Origin: Klebsiella pneumoniae
Lineage (GTDB): Bacteria; Myxococcota_A; UBA9042
Direction: 5' to 3'
Assembly: GCA_945889325.1 (NCBI GenBank)
Contig: CAMDBH010000006.1
Span: forward strand, 3,975-67,974
DNA: 64,000 nt
In this document: in pieces, positions 10,025-22,427 of the stretch
Layout: every line of letters begins with the position of its first letter
Numbering within the stretch: the stretch's first letter is position 1
Program-made: the position numbers and the translations under genes
The notes under the pieces: generated by a model
What the model saw: only the letters and a program-made list of their open reading frames with translations
Told to the model about the DNA's origin: nothing
Database searches by the model: none

Positions 10025-10156
10025 GCAGGCACGTGGCAACGGCACAGGATTGGCTTGCAAAAAATACTGGCAAAGGTCCAAAACGATCTTTTGAGCAACG
10101 GGCACTAAAAGCGGCACGCGCCAATTTTATAGCGCGAATTTGTCCAAGGTCCGCCG

Positions 10157-10774
10157 ATGCCGCTGCCGTCGCTACTGCAAGAGGTGCCTTTGTTCTGGCG
10201 GCGCAGCCAAGTCCAACCTGTTGATACGCTTGTGCAACGCTTGCAAAACGCCGAAAGTTCGGCCGTCGGCGAGGCCTACGATTTGCACAACGCGGTGGTG
10301 CGCACTTTTGCGCGGCGTTTGATCGGCGACAACGATGCAGCGGAAGATTTGGTGCAAGACGTCTTTGTCGCGCTGCCCAAAGCGGTCAAACGTTTTGACG
10401 GCCGGTCCAGTTTGCGCACGTTTGTCGTGGCGATTGCGATCAACCACGCGCGCCACCATGTGCGCGCGGCGATGCGCAGGCGTGCAGCCTGGCAGCGGGC
10501 GAGCGCGCACGCGGAACTGACGGGTTTGCCGCAAAATCAGCAACATCAACCGGAGCAACAGACGGCCGACCGCGAGTTGGCGCAATTGCTGTCGGCGGCG
10601 ATGGATGCACTGCCCCTCGATCAACGCGTGGCCTTTGTGTTGTGCGAAGTTGAAGAGCGGACCTCGGTGGAAGCGGCGGCGTTGATCGGTGTGCCGGAAG
10701 CGACTGTGCGGACCAGACTTTTTCATGCGCGGCGCAAGCTCCGTGAAATGTTAGAGAAAAAGGGGTTGCGATGA
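10157..10774 (+). CDS. ECF sigma-70 factor
   Basis: Region 2 AEDLVQDVF...FDGRSSLRTF and region 4 LPLDQRVAFVL...GTV-like EATVRTRLFHARRKL. Confidence 0.9.
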   Translation: MPLPSLLQEVPLFWRRSQVQPVDTLVQRLQNAESSAVGEAYDLHNAVVRTFARRLIGDNDAAEDLVQDVFVALPKAVKRFDGRSSLRTFVVAIAINHARHHVRAAMRRRAAWQRASAHAELTGLPQNQQHQPEQQTADRELAQLLSAAMDALPLDQRVAFVLCEVEERTSVEAAALIGVPEATVRTRLFHARRKLREMLEKKGLR

Positions 10775-11688
10775 GCGACAAATGGCTGGAGCAAGCGACG
10801 CGGGCGCTGCGCGAACAAAGCGCTGATGCTGAAATTGCGCCACAAAATTCGCGACAACGGGTGCAAAGGCGCCTTGAGGACGACCGCCGCAGTGCGGCGC
10901 GGCGCGTGGCCATCGCGGTGCCATTGGTCGCTTTTTTGGTCGGGTCCACGGCGTTGGCGGCGGCGACCGGCCAATTGCCCAAAGTTTGGCGAACGGTGCG
11001 CCAATGGGTTGGGACCAGCGCGCCACAAATCCATGAAACTGCGCCAGTTGTTGAAAAAGGCGCGGCTGACACAAAAGCGTCAAGAGCGATCGCAAAAGCT
11101 GCACCCAAAGGGGCCGCAGTGGGTCCAGAAACTGCTGAGGCTGAACCGCCTGCGGCTCCCGCCGCTGCAGCTTTGGTCGACGTGGTGCCGCCCGCTGTTG
11201 ACAAAGACATTGAAAAAACTAATGAAATTGACACCAAACATCCACACGCTGGTGCCGGCGTTCGCGTATTCACATCGCGGATGCCCAAGCACGATCCGAC
11301 CGCGACAGCGGCCGCTGCGGATAAATTGGTGCAGATCCCCGTGGTTGCTCCCGTAGCGCCGCCCGCATTGCCCGCAGGACCTGACGTCTTAGCCCTGTTC
11401 CGTCAGGCACAAAAACTGCATTTCGATCAGAAAAACTGGCAGTTGGCGCTGGTAGCCTGGCAAGCGTATTTGGATGCCGCGCCGAACGGCGAACTGGCAC
11501 CGGAGGCGCGCTGGAATCGGGCCGTTTGTTTGGTGCGGCTGCACGAGAAACGAAAAGCAATTCAGGCGCTTAAACCGTTCGCGCTCGGCCCTTTGGGCAG
11601 CTATCGCCAAGCCGATGCGTTGGCTTTGTTGGAGGAACTGCAGGATGGAGCCGCAGCAGACGACGACACGCCTAGGTTTCTACCATGA
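10771..11688 (+). CDS. Putative anti-sigma membrane protein with Pro/Ala linker and C-terminal TPR-like domain
   Basis: Overlaps the sigma stop (ATGA). One TM segment VAIAVPLVAFLVGSTALAA. C-terminal YLDAAPNGELAPEARWNRAVCL. Confidence 0.65.
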   Translation: MSDKWLEQATRALREQSADAEIAPQNSRQRVQRRLEDDRRSAARRVAIAVPLVAFLVGSTALAAATGQLPKVWRTVRQWVGTSAPQIHETAPVVEKGAADTKASRAIAKAAPKGAAVGPETAEAEPPAAPAAAALVDVVPPAVDKDIEKTNEIDTKHPHAGAGVRVFTSRMPKHDPTATAAAADKLVQIPVVAPVAPPALPAGPDVLALFRQAQKLHFDQKNWQLALVAWQAYLDAAPNGELAPEARWNRAVCLVRLHEKRKAIQALKPFALGPLGSYRQADALALLEELQDGAAADDDTPRFLP

Positions 11689-13082
11689 AAATACTGCTGA
11701 GTTTGGCTTTTCTCCTCATGTCATGTCCGCTGTTGGCCCAGCCGATTGAAACTGCGGTGCCGCAACGCGCCCTGCATTTGCAGGCGGACGGGCAAGATCT
11801 GCCCAATATCACCGCATTGCAGCTGGCAGTGGAGCGTGAATTGGGCGTGGTCGTGCGGGTGGGCCAACCGGTGGCCAACGGCGACGCGGTGCTGATCGTG
11901 CGTCAAGCCGGTGTCAGCCAAGCGGAAGTGCGCTTTACGCTGGCCAACGCGCCCAGCATCGGCCGCGTGATCAGTTTGCCAGCCGAACCGGCGCGCGCCG
12001 CGGAAACGATCGCGCTTTTGGCGGCCAATCTGATTCGCAATGAAGCCAATGAATTATTGGATGAATTGCGTCGGTCCAAACCGCCCGCGAAAAAAGCCGA
12101 AACGCCGGAAATTCTTGATCCACCCAAAATTGTCGCATCACCCGTGGTTGTGGCACAGCCGCCAGCAGTTGCCGCGCGAGCGGAGTACCGCGAAGAGTTG
12201 CTCGGCGTCGATTTTGTGCCGCGGATCGGCTGGCCTCCGGCCGCCGGCCAAAAGACGCTGCGGCGCATTTCCTTGGGTCTGGTGGCGAGCTATTCGACCG
12301 CGCTGCAAGGCTTTTCGGCGGCGGGCTTGGCGACTTTTCACCGCGATTGGCTGCACGGCGTGCAACTGGCGGGTGTGGTCAATTTCACAGCCGGTGACGT
12401 GCAAGGCATTCAAGCCAGCGGCACGCTGAACTACGCGGGATCGATCAGCAATGGCGCGCAGTTAAGCGTGATCAATGTCAGCAACGGCGACGTCAAAGGC
12501 GGCCAGATCGGTGTGTTTAACTTGGCCCGCGGCGAAGTCAGCGGTGTGCAAATTGGCGTCCTCAACCTCGGCCGCAACGCCGATGCGGGCATCGGCCTTT
12601 TGTCGCTGTACAGCAACGGCCGCACGCAACTGGAGGCATGGACACAGCAATCCGGCCTAACGATGCTCGGCCTCAAGCACGGCAGCCGATTGCTGCACAA
12701 TATCTTGGCGTTTGGCGTGCGGCAAGACGGCGACAAATTCCTGCCCGTCGCCGCTTTTGGCTGGGGCGGTCGTTGGCGCTGGAGCGAGCGTTTGGCCTTG
12801 GATCTCGATGCGATCGAGCATGTGCTGTTTTTCGATCAACCGCACCGCGCGCCCGATTCGCTGTCGCAACTGCGCGCGCTTGTGCAGGTGGGTTTGTTCA
12901 AAGGCCTTTCGGTTTTCGCCGGTCCGACGTTGAACGCCACCATATCGCAAGCCGATTCGCAGCGGGCTGCGGACACCTTGGATGCGTTTGTCGATGCGGG
13001 CCGGGCTTGGAAGGGCAAGCCCGACCCGCGCGTCAACGTCAGTGTTTGGCCGGGCGTGGTTGTCGGCATCGCGGCTTTTTGA
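11685..13082 (+). CDS. Secreted/outer-membrane protein with Gly-rich GxQxGxxN (LA_2272-like) repeats
   Basis: Signal peptide, repeats GVQLAGVVN / GGQIGVFN / GVQIGVLN, and a C-terminal aromatic residue (…GIAAF) typical of beta-barrel OMPs. Confidence 0.65.
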   Translation: MKILLSLAFLLMSCPLLAQPIETAVPQRALHLQADGQDLPNITALQLAVERELGVVVRVGQPVANGDAVLIVRQAGVSQAEVRFTLANAPSIGRVISLPAEPARAAETIALLAANLIRNEANELLDELRRSKPPAKKAETPEILDPPKIVASPVVVAQPPAVAARAEYREELLGVDFVPRIGWPPAAGQKTLRRISLGLVASYSTALQGFSAAGLATFHRDWLHGVQLAGVVNFTAGDVQGIQASGTLNYAGSISNGAQLSVINVSNGDVKGGQIGVFNLARGEVSGVQIGVLNLGRNADAGIGLLSLYSNGRTQLEAWTQQSGLTMLGLKHGSRLLHNILAFGVRQDGDKFLPVAAFGWGGRWRWSERLALDLDAIEHVLFFDQPHRAPDSLSQLRALVQVGLFKGLSVFAGPTLNATISQADSQRAADTLDAFVDAGRAWKGKPDPRVNVSVWPGVVVGIAAF

Positions 13083-13115
13083 GAGCGTGTGAAAAACCCA
13101 TTCACCGCTCTCAAG

Positions 13116-13643
13116 CTATTTGCAAACGCCGGTGTCGCACTTCAAACCCACGGGGCATTCGCAGGTGCTTAAGCATTTGATATTGACCTCTTGCACGATG
13201 CCGCAGTGCAGATTGATGCAGCTCTCACCGCTGTGGCAATCGCAGGATGCGGCGCAGCGGGTCTTGCACGAGCCCTGCACGCAGTCTTCACTCCATGCGC
13301 ATTCCAGATTGACTTGGCAGGCATAACTGCCCTTAACTAAAGTGACATCTCCACTGATTGTGCCACTGTCGGTTGAATTGCCCGCGTCGATCGAGCTGCC
13401 GGCAACATCGGCGACGCTCGTCTGCGTGCCGCCTAGATCGTTGGCGCGGCCGCTGCCGCCGTCGGCCGCGCCGCCGCCTATCGCCCCACCGTCGGCGCAC
13501 ATGACAGCAGGTCCGCGCCCGCCTTTGGCAAAGTCGTCGTCCTCTTCACGTCCTTTGCCGTGGCCATAATTTTCGACGCGGCAGCCGGAACTGAGTCCGA
13601 TGAGGACAAATCCGCAAAATAACGAATAGATACGTAGATTCAC
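13116..13643 (-). CDS. Small lipoprotein with Gly/Ser/Asp linker and Cys-rich C-terminus
   Basis: GGAGG RBS then GTG at 13643; lipobox LSSGC; CQVNLECAWSEDCVQGSC-type repeats. Confidence 0.65.
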   Translation of the reverse strand: MNLRIYSLFCGFVLIGLSSGCRVENYGHGKGREEDDDFAKGGRGPAVMCADGGAIGGGAADGGSGRANDLGGTQTSVADVAGSSIDAGNSTDSGTISGDVTLVKGSYACQVNLECAWSEDCVQGSCKTRCAASCDCHSGESCINLHCGIVQEVNIKCLSTCECPVGLKCDTGVCK

Positions 13644-13893
13644 CGGAACCTCCAAAAGACGTTGGCAGCAAAAAAAAACAAAAAAGCTGGCGCTCGTTGC
13701 CGTGCGGCAACGCAAACACCTGAATTTCCTGGCGGAACCCCCGCTGGATTTCGCTTCTTTGTGCCCACAGAGGCCAACGCCGTTCAAACCCGCTCGCGGT
13801 TGCGTGAAGATTTTTGCGCCGCATTTGCGCATTGATCCGCGCCCGCTTTTGCCGCACACTGCCGCGCCCCATAGCTTTCAGCCAGAGGTCAAG

Positions 13894-15243
13894 ATGATCG
13901 AGCCAAAATTACTCAAAGGTTTCCGCGACTACATGCCCGATCTGATGGCGCCGCGCCAGGCGATGATTCGCGCGATCGAGGCCACTTTTGAGCGCCACGG
14001 TTTCTTGCCTCTGATGACGCCGGCACTGGAATATGCCGAGACGCTGACCGGCAAAATGGGCGAAGAAGGCGATAAACTCCTGTATCAATTTAAAGATCAC
14101 GGCGATCGAGCCGTGGCCTTGCGCTATGATCTGACCGTGCCGCTGGCGCGGGTGGTGGCGCAGCACCGCGGTGAAATTCAGCTCCCTTTTAGGCGCTATC
14201 AAGTGGCGCCGGTTTGGCGCGCGGATAAGCCGCAGCGCGGGCGTTATCGCGAATTTATGCAGTGCGACGCAGACTTGGCGGGGGCAAATTCCGCATTGGC
14301 CGATGCCGAAGTGCTGTTGACCGGTCTGGCCGTGCTCAAGGCTTTGGGCATCCAAGACGCGATTTTGCATATCAATCACCGCTTTGTGCTCACGGGGCTG
14401 CTGATCGCCGCGGGCGTCGCTGAAGAAGCGCAACAGTTTTCCGCCATCCGCGCGATCGACAAACTCGACAAAATCGGCAGCGGCGGTGTGCGCAATGAAT
14501 TGATCGAACAAGCGAATTTGACGCCAGAGCAGGCGCAGACGTTGCTCGACATCTTTGCCGACGATGGCCTGACGCTGGAAACGGTCGACGATCTGCTGGT
14601 GCAACGCGCCGGTTATGAAGGGGAAAAGCGCGCGCATTCGATCGGCCGCCTGCGCGAAGTTGTGGAATTGGTCAGCGCCGCGGGCTACGCCAACCTGATC
14701 CGCTTTAACCCCACAATCGCCCGAGGACTGGATTACTATACCGGAATTATTTACGAAACGCGGCTGACCGACACCCGCGTCGCCAATATCGGCGCGGTCA
14801 TGTCCGGTGGCCGCTACGATCATTTGGTCAGTTCGTTCACCAAAGAACAGGTGCCAGCGGTCGGCGTGTCACTGGGCCTTGACCGGTTGTTGGCAGCCAT
14901 GCAGGAATTAAGTTTGATCCCACACGGTTTGGACAAAGTGCCGGTGTACATCGCGGTGATGGACCCGACGTTGAAGGCGGCCATTTTAGGAATTGCGCAA
15001 ACTTTGCGCACTTTCGGCCTGCGCTGTGAAGTGGATGTCACGGGCGGCAAGCTCGGCAAGCAGCTTGAACGCGCCGCCAAGCGGGGGGCCACGGTCTGTG
15101 TTTTGGCCGGATCAGACGAAATAGCGGCCGGTGGTGCGGTGGTCAAAGAGCTGGGTAGTGGTATGCAACATTCGGTGCTTCTTGATGAAATTGGACCTGC
15201 GATTGCAAAGATTCTGGCCGCGGCGGCAACGTCGCCGACTTGA
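13894..15243 (+). CDS. hisS: Histidine--tRNA ligase
   Basis: Motifs LKGFRD, LRYDLTVPLAR, GRYREFMQCD, RGLDYYTG and GGRYD, plus the anticodon-binding domain. Confidence 0.95.
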   Translation: MIEPKLLKGFRDYMPDLMAPRQAMIRAIEATFERHGFLPLMTPALEYAETLTGKMGEEGDKLLYQFKDHGDRAVALRYDLTVPLARVVAQHRGEIQLPFRRYQVAPVWRADKPQRGRYREFMQCDADLAGANSALADAEVLLTGLAVLKALGIQDAILHINHRFVLTGLLIAAGVAEEAQQFSAIRAIDKLDKIGSGGVRNELIEQANLTPEQAQTLLDIFADDGLTLETVDDLLVQRAGYEGEKRAHSIGRLREVVELVSAAGYANLIRFNPTIARGLDYYTGIIYETRLTDTRVANIGAVMSGGRYDHLVSSFTKEQVPAVGVSLGLDRLLAAMQELSLIPHGLDKVPVYIAVMDPTLKAAILGIAQTLRTFGLRCEVDVTGGKLGKQLERAAKRGATVCVLAGSDEIAAGGAVVKELGSGMQHSVLLDEIGPAIAKILAAAATSPT

Positions 15244-15458
15244 GCGCCATTTGCGCGCGCGCTCACAAGCTGACGCCGAGTGACAATTTTTGGCACAAGT
15301 GACAAATTTCGTCGCACAAGTGCGCAAAGATCGTCACTTAAAGTGCGCAAAGTCTGCGGCCTTTTGTCGCATCCAACAAGATTATCCTTAAATTTCAATG
15401 CTTGAAAAATAGATCCGCCAGTTGGCACGAAGCGTGTATAAGACCCTAGTGGGGGATC

Positions 15459-15516
15459 ATTCCGAGCCCTCCGCTGAAACCGCGAAAGCGGATGAAGCGG
15501 AGGGTTCGGAATTTTT
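15459..15516 (+). ncRNA. Long hairpin with internal loop and GAAA tetraloop followed by a U-tract; candidate sRNA or terminator
   Basis: 17-bp stem (15459-15475/15496-15512, one G-U), 4x4 loop, CCGC-GAAA-GCGG, then TTTT. TATAAG lies at 15437-15442. Confidence 0.35.
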
Positions 15517-15662
15517 GGCCTAGTTTTATTTTTGGCTTGTGTGAAGGACGCGTTCCATTCGCCGCCAATAAATCGTCCCAAGCGAAGCCCAAACTCTGCA
15601 ATTATCAAGGTGTTGTGAGGCCAAAGTTGACCTCAACGGCGAATACGCGCTTACTTGCGCCG

Positions 15663-16883
15663 ATGACGCACCGCGACTACCGGCTCTATTTTTTCGCGTT
15701 CGCGCTTGTGCTGGTCGCTTGCAGTGCGGCGAAGCCTCAAGTCGTCGAACTCGATCCTATTGAAATTAAAGCAGATGACCAAAAACGCGCCTACATTCGG
15801 GATTTTGACCTGCTCACGAGCGAAGCGTCACAGCGGCGTGAAAGCGGCGACCACGCTGAAGCTGTTCGGCTTTACCTGATTGTCATCAAAGAGTTTCCCA
15901 AAGCGCCGCACCTGTCCGCGATTCATTACAACTGCGGCCTGTCGTTCATGCAGCTAAAGGACCACGCCAAGGCCGCGGAACAATTTGCGTTGGCCCGCAA
16001 GCTCGCGCACGGCACGCGCGACGCGCGCGATGCGCTGTTCTTGCAAGCCGAAGCGGAGGAAGCGGCCGAACATTGGCAAGCAGCCGCCGATATCTACAAA
16101 GCCGCGCTAGAAGATCCTGCAATGCAAGAGGAAATCGGTGGCGTGCTCGGCCTGCTGGATGAATTGGAGGCCACCGCGCGCTTGGGCCTGATGTTGCGCA
16201 AATTGGGTGATCCGCAAAGGGCCGATGTCGCGTTGCGCCGCGTCGAGCGCATTTACAGCGATCACCGCGACGTCAACGTGGTGGCTGAAAGTGTCTGGGT
16301 GGCGCGGGCTCTGTTTGAACGCGGTGATATCTATCGTGAACTTTTTGCGACCATTCGCTTCAAGCTGCCGGTCGAGCGCATGGAGCGCGACTTGGAGGAC
16401 AAAGCCAATCTGTTTTTGAAGTCGGAAAACGCCTTTTACCATTGCGTGCGGCTGCATCACCGCAATTGGTCGCTGGCGGCGGGTTTTCAAATCGGCGCGC
16501 TGTACGCCACGTTGATAAGCGACATCGACAATGCCGAAGTTCCGCCAGAGGTTACGGAACGCATGGCCGATGTTTACCGCGATGAACTGTGGAAGCACAC
16601 AGAGAAGTTGGCCAAGCGCGCTACGGTGATCTACAAGAAAAACATTGAATTGGCCATCAGTTTGGGTGAAAAGGACGGCGATTGGGCGCGCAAATCGCAA
16701 GAGGGTCTGGCGCAGATGGAGAAAATGATCGAAGTCAGCAACGAGCGCAAAGCCCGCGTGGCCAAGCAGGAGGCGGCAGAAGCGACGGCCGCATCGTTGC
16801 CGCAAGATCCGACGCCAGTCGCACAAAAGCCCCAATCGGGTAAAAAGCACCCGCCGAAAAAAGCGGCGCTTGGGGTCAAGTGA
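15663..16883 (+). CDS. TPR-repeat lipoprotein
   Basis: MTHRDYRLYFFAFALVLVAC lipobox; TPR-like AIHYNCGLSFMQLKDHAKAAEQF. Confidence 0.7.
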   Translation: MTHRDYRLYFFAFALVLVACSAAKPQVVELDPIEIKADDQKRAYIRDFDLLTSEASQRRESGDHAEAVRLYLIVIKEFPKAPHLSAIHYNCGLSFMQLKDHAKAAEQFALARKLAHGTRDARDALFLQAEAEEAAEHWQAAADIYKAALEDPAMQEEIGGVLGLLDELEATARLGLMLRKLGDPQRADVALRRVERIYSDHRDVNVVAESVWVARALFERGDIYRELFATIRFKLPVERMERDLEDKANLFLKSENAFYHCVRLHHRNWSLAAGFQIGALYATLISDIDNAEVPPEVTERMADVYRDELWKHTEKLAKRATVIYKKNIELAISLGEKDGDWARKSQEGLAQMEKMIEVSNERKARVAKQEAAEATAASLPQDPTPVAQKPQSGKKHPPKKAALGVK

Positions 16884-17866
16884 GCAATACCATTCGCTTT
16901 GTCCGCAGCGACGGACCCACCACACAGGGCACCAAGTCGCGGCGCGACGACCCGCGCATGGCCGCGCGCATGGTCAGTCTGGACAGCGACTTGGCCCCCG
17001 ATCGCGTGCAGGCGATTTTGCTCGGCGTCGCCGACGACCGCGGCGTCACCATCAACGGCGGGCGGCAGGGCGCGGCCGACGGGCCGGCCAAATTTCGCGA
17101 CTATTTTTCGCGGTTGCCGGTGCCCGCTGAGTTTGGCCACGGCTCGATCGTCAACGCCGGCGACCTGATGGCCGCTGAACACACTGCGGAAACCCACGCG
17201 CGCTTGGCTGAAGTCATTTTCGTGTTGCGCGAGCGATTTCCCAAAGCGCGCCTTGTCGTCATCGGCGGCGGTCACGATCACGCCTACGGCGAAGTGCTCG
17301 GATTGGCGCGCTCGATGGGCAGCAAGGCCGCTGACAGCCGCATCGGCGTGGTCAACATCGACGCGCACGCCGACGTCCGGCCGCACACCACAGAGCCGCA
17401 TTCCGGCACGCCGTTTAGGCGCTTGTTGCTTGAACCGGCCGCCCGAGTCGCCGGGACATCGCTGGTCGAATTTGGCCTGCAGCGCGCAAGCAATGCCGCC
17501 GTGCACTTGGCTTTTTTGCAACAACACCACGTGCAAGTGGTGATGTGGGATGACATTGTTGACGGCGATCGCGCGGCGAGTGAGCAATTGTTTGGCTACA
17601 TGAAAGCATTGGCGGAAAACCACGCAGCGATTTCGCTGTCGGTCGACATGGACGCATTTCCGCTGTCGGCTGCGCCAGGTGTCAGCGCGCCCTCAGCGAT
17701 TGGCGTTTCGCCAGGCGCGATCGTGCGCGCGGCGGCCGCGTTTGGCGCGTTGCCGCTTCCAACCCAATTGGGGATTTACGAACTAAATCCGCGCTTTGAT
17801 CAGGATGGCGCCACGACGCGGTTGGCCACCCGCATCGCTTGGAGCTACATCACGGGTTTGTTGTAG
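16880..17866 (+). CDS. hutG: Formimidoylglutamase (arginase family)
   Basis: Motifs DDRGVTINGGRQGA..GP, GGGHD, NIDAHADVR, SGTPF and SVDMD. Confidence 0.75.
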   Translation: MSNTIRFVRSDGPTTQGTKSRRDDPRMAARMVSLDSDLAPDRVQAILLGVADDRGVTINGGRQGAADGPAKFRDYFSRLPVPAEFGHGSIVNAGDLMAAEHTAETHARLAEVIFVLRERFPKARLVVIGGGHDHAYGEVLGLARSMGSKAADSRIGVVNIDAHADVRPHTTEPHSGTPFRRLLLEPAARVAGTSLVEFGLQRASNAAVHLAFLQQHHVQVVMWDDIVDGDRAASEQLFGYMKALAENHAAISLSVDMDAFPLSAAPGVSAPSAIGVSPGAIVRAAAAFGALPLPTQLGIYELNPRFDQDGATTRLATRIAWSYITGLL

Positions 17867-17886
17867 TCCGCGCGGTCTCGCGGTTA

Positions 17887-20295
<2,409 letters not shown>

Positions 20296-20391
20296 ATTTA
20301 GGCTCCAAAATGGCGGTGACTTGCAAGATTGCGCCGCGTCGTCCAACAAAGGACGAAGCGGGCCAATTGTCAATGGTGAAAACTTGGAAAA

Positions 20392-21657
20392 CTACGCGGC
20401 TGACGTGTGCTCTAAACCAAGAAGCGGGCGTTTTCCATGCAGAATCGTGTCTTCGTCGATCAACACTTCGCGCACAGAACCGTCGCCTGGTACATCGTAC
20501 ATGATGTCGAGCAACGCTTCTTCCAAAATCGCCCGCAGCCCGCGCGCGCCGGTTTTGCGTTCAATAGCGCGGTGGGCGGTCGCGCGCAGGGCGCCTTCGG
20601 TGAATTTGAGATCGATACCGTCCATTTCAAACAGGCGTTTAAATTGACGAATCAGAGAATTCTTGGGTTCAGTCAGCACGCTCACCAGCGCTGCTTCATC
20701 CAACTCGCGCAGCGAAACCACGACAGGCAAACGGCCGACAAATTCCGGAATGAGGCCGTATTTCATCAGATCTTCCGGCTGCACCTGCTCTAGCATCGCC
20801 GACTTGTCGGCCGCCGAGCCCTCTTTGGCCACTTCTTTGCCAAAGCCGATGGATTTTTGGCCAATGCGCCGTTCGATCACTTTCTCAAGCCCGGCAAAAG
20901 CGCCGCCGCAGATGAACAAAATGTTGGTGGTGTCCACTGGAATGAATTCTTGTTGCGGATGTTTGCGCCCGCCTTTGGGCGGCACGTTGGCGACGGTGCC
21001 CTCCAAAATCTTCAGCAGCGCCTGCTGCACGCCTTCACCCGACACGTCCCGTGTGATGCTGACGTTTTCCGATTTCCGCGTGATTTTGTCGACTTCATCG
21101 ATGTACACAATGCCGCGGCTGGCCGCATCGACATCGTGATCAGCGGCTTCAAGCAAGCGAACGATAATATTTTCAACGTCTTCACCGACATAGCCCGCTT
21201 CGGTCAGCGTGGTCGCGTCCACGATCGTAAACGGCACCTTGAGCACGCGCGCCAACGTTTGCGCCAACAGCGTTTTGCCCGAGCCGGTCGGACCCAGCAA
21301 AAGCACATTAGATTTCTGCAGTTCGATGTCGTTGTGCTTGGAACCTTTGTAGTCAATGCGCTTGTAATGGTTGTACACAGCCACCGACAGCACTTTTTTC
21401 GCTCGGTCCTGACCGATGACGAAGTCATCCAAAATCTTACGCAATTCCCGTGGTTTAGGAATCGATTGCAGGTTGGGCAGTTTGTCGTCGCGCTCGACTT
21501 CTTCGGCGATGATGTCGTTGCACAGCGCGATGCATTCGTCGCAAATGTAGACGGTGGGGCCTGCGATCAGCTTTTTGACTTCCTTTTGCGATTTGCCGCA
21601 AAAAGAGCAAGAAAGATTGCTGGCTTCGCGACGGCGATCGCCTCCGGAACTCGACAT
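20392..21657 (-). CDS. clpX: ATP-dependent Clp protease ATPase subunit
   Basis: C4 zinc finger CSFCGK...[36 protein letters not shown] loop. Confidence 0.98.
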   Translation of the reverse strand: MSSSGGDRRREASNLSCSFCGKSQKEVKKLIAGPTVYICDECIALCNDIIAEEVERDDKLPNLQSIPKPRELRKILDDFVIGQDRAKKVLSVAVYNHYKRIDYKGSKHNDIELQKSNVLLLGPTGSGKTLLAQTLARVLKVPFTIVDATTLTEAGYVGEDVENIIVRLLEAADHDVDAASRGIVYIDEVDKITRKSENVSITRDVSGEGVQQALLKILEGTVANVPPKGGRKHPQQEFIPVDTTNILFICGGAFAGLEKVIERRIGQKSIGFGKEVAKEGSAADKSAMLEQVQPEDLMKYGLIPEFVGRLPVVVSLRELDEAALVSVLTEPKNSLIRQFKRLFEMDGIDLKFTEGALRATAHRAIERKTGARGLRAILEEALLDIMYDVPGDGSVREVLIDEDTILHGKRPLLGLEHTSAA

Positions 21658-21782
21658 CAAACACTCCTTGCAAGTCGCCGCTGCAACCAACCGCGCCAGT
21701 ATACTGGGTTGCCCGCGCTCACGTCAAAGAAGGCGCTTCGCAGCAACGCAGTTTTACACGAAAACCGGCGAGACTGGGCTGA

Positions 21783-22379
21783 TTACGCCTTGGGTTTGCG
21801 AATCAAAATCGCATCGACAACGCCATAGGCCTTGGCTCCGTCGGCGCCCAAATAAAAGTCGCGATCCGTATCTTTACGCACCTTTTCAACAGGTTGCCCG
21901 GTGTGCTTGGCGACGATTTCATTGAGCACACTTTTGGTCAGCAACATTTCTCGCGCTTGAATATCGATATCGGACGCTTGCCCTGAAAAACCGCCCAAGG
22001 GCTGATGCAGCATGACGCGGCTGTGCGGCAGCATCACGCGCCGCCCCGGCTTGCCCGCGGCAAGCAAAACCGCAGCCATCGACGCTGCTTGGCCGATGCA
22101 AATCGTCGCCACCGGCGCTTGGATGTATTGCATCGTGTCGTAAATCGCCAAGCCCGCATTGACCAAGCCGCCGGGACTATTGATGTAAAGTGAAATCTCC
22201 TTTTGTGGATCTTCACTTTCCAAAAACAGCAACTGGGCAATGACCATGTTGGCCACCATGTCATCGATTTCCATACCCAAAAACACGATGCGGTCCATCA
22301 GCAAACGCGAATACAGGTCCATCGCCCGTTCGCCGCGCGGCGTGGTCTCGATAATGCCGATGTTTTTCCACTGACTCAT
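21783..22379 (-). CDS. clpP: Clp protease proteolytic subunit
   Basis: [18 protein letters not shown] (Ser), MLHQP (His), DRD (Asp). Confidence 0.98.
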   Translation of the reverse strand: MSQWKNIGIIETTPRGERAMDLYSRLLMDRIVFLGMEIDDMVANMVIAQLLFLESEDPQKEISLYINSPGGLVNAGLAIYDTMQYIQAPVATICIGQAASMAAVLLAAGKPGRRVMLPHSRVMLHQPLGGFSGQASDIDIQAREMLLTKSVLNEIVAKHTGQPVEKVRKDTDRDFYLGADGAKAYGVVDAILIRKPKA

Positions 22380-22427
22380 GGCTTTTGTTGTCCTTGCTGA
22401 TGGATTGGCTGCTAAGCCACAATTTTA

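Noticed and set aside
13670-13685. A9-C-A6 tract as a phase-variation switch
   Set aside because: Short interrupted homopolymer in an intergenic region; no evidence of variability.
13894-15243. HisZ rather than HisRS
   Set aside because: Catalytic motifs and the C-terminal anticodon-binding domain are present.
9984-15327. Direct repeats at 9984 and 15280 as mini-CRISPR arrays
   Set aside because: No spacers between units, only two copies, and no cas genes.
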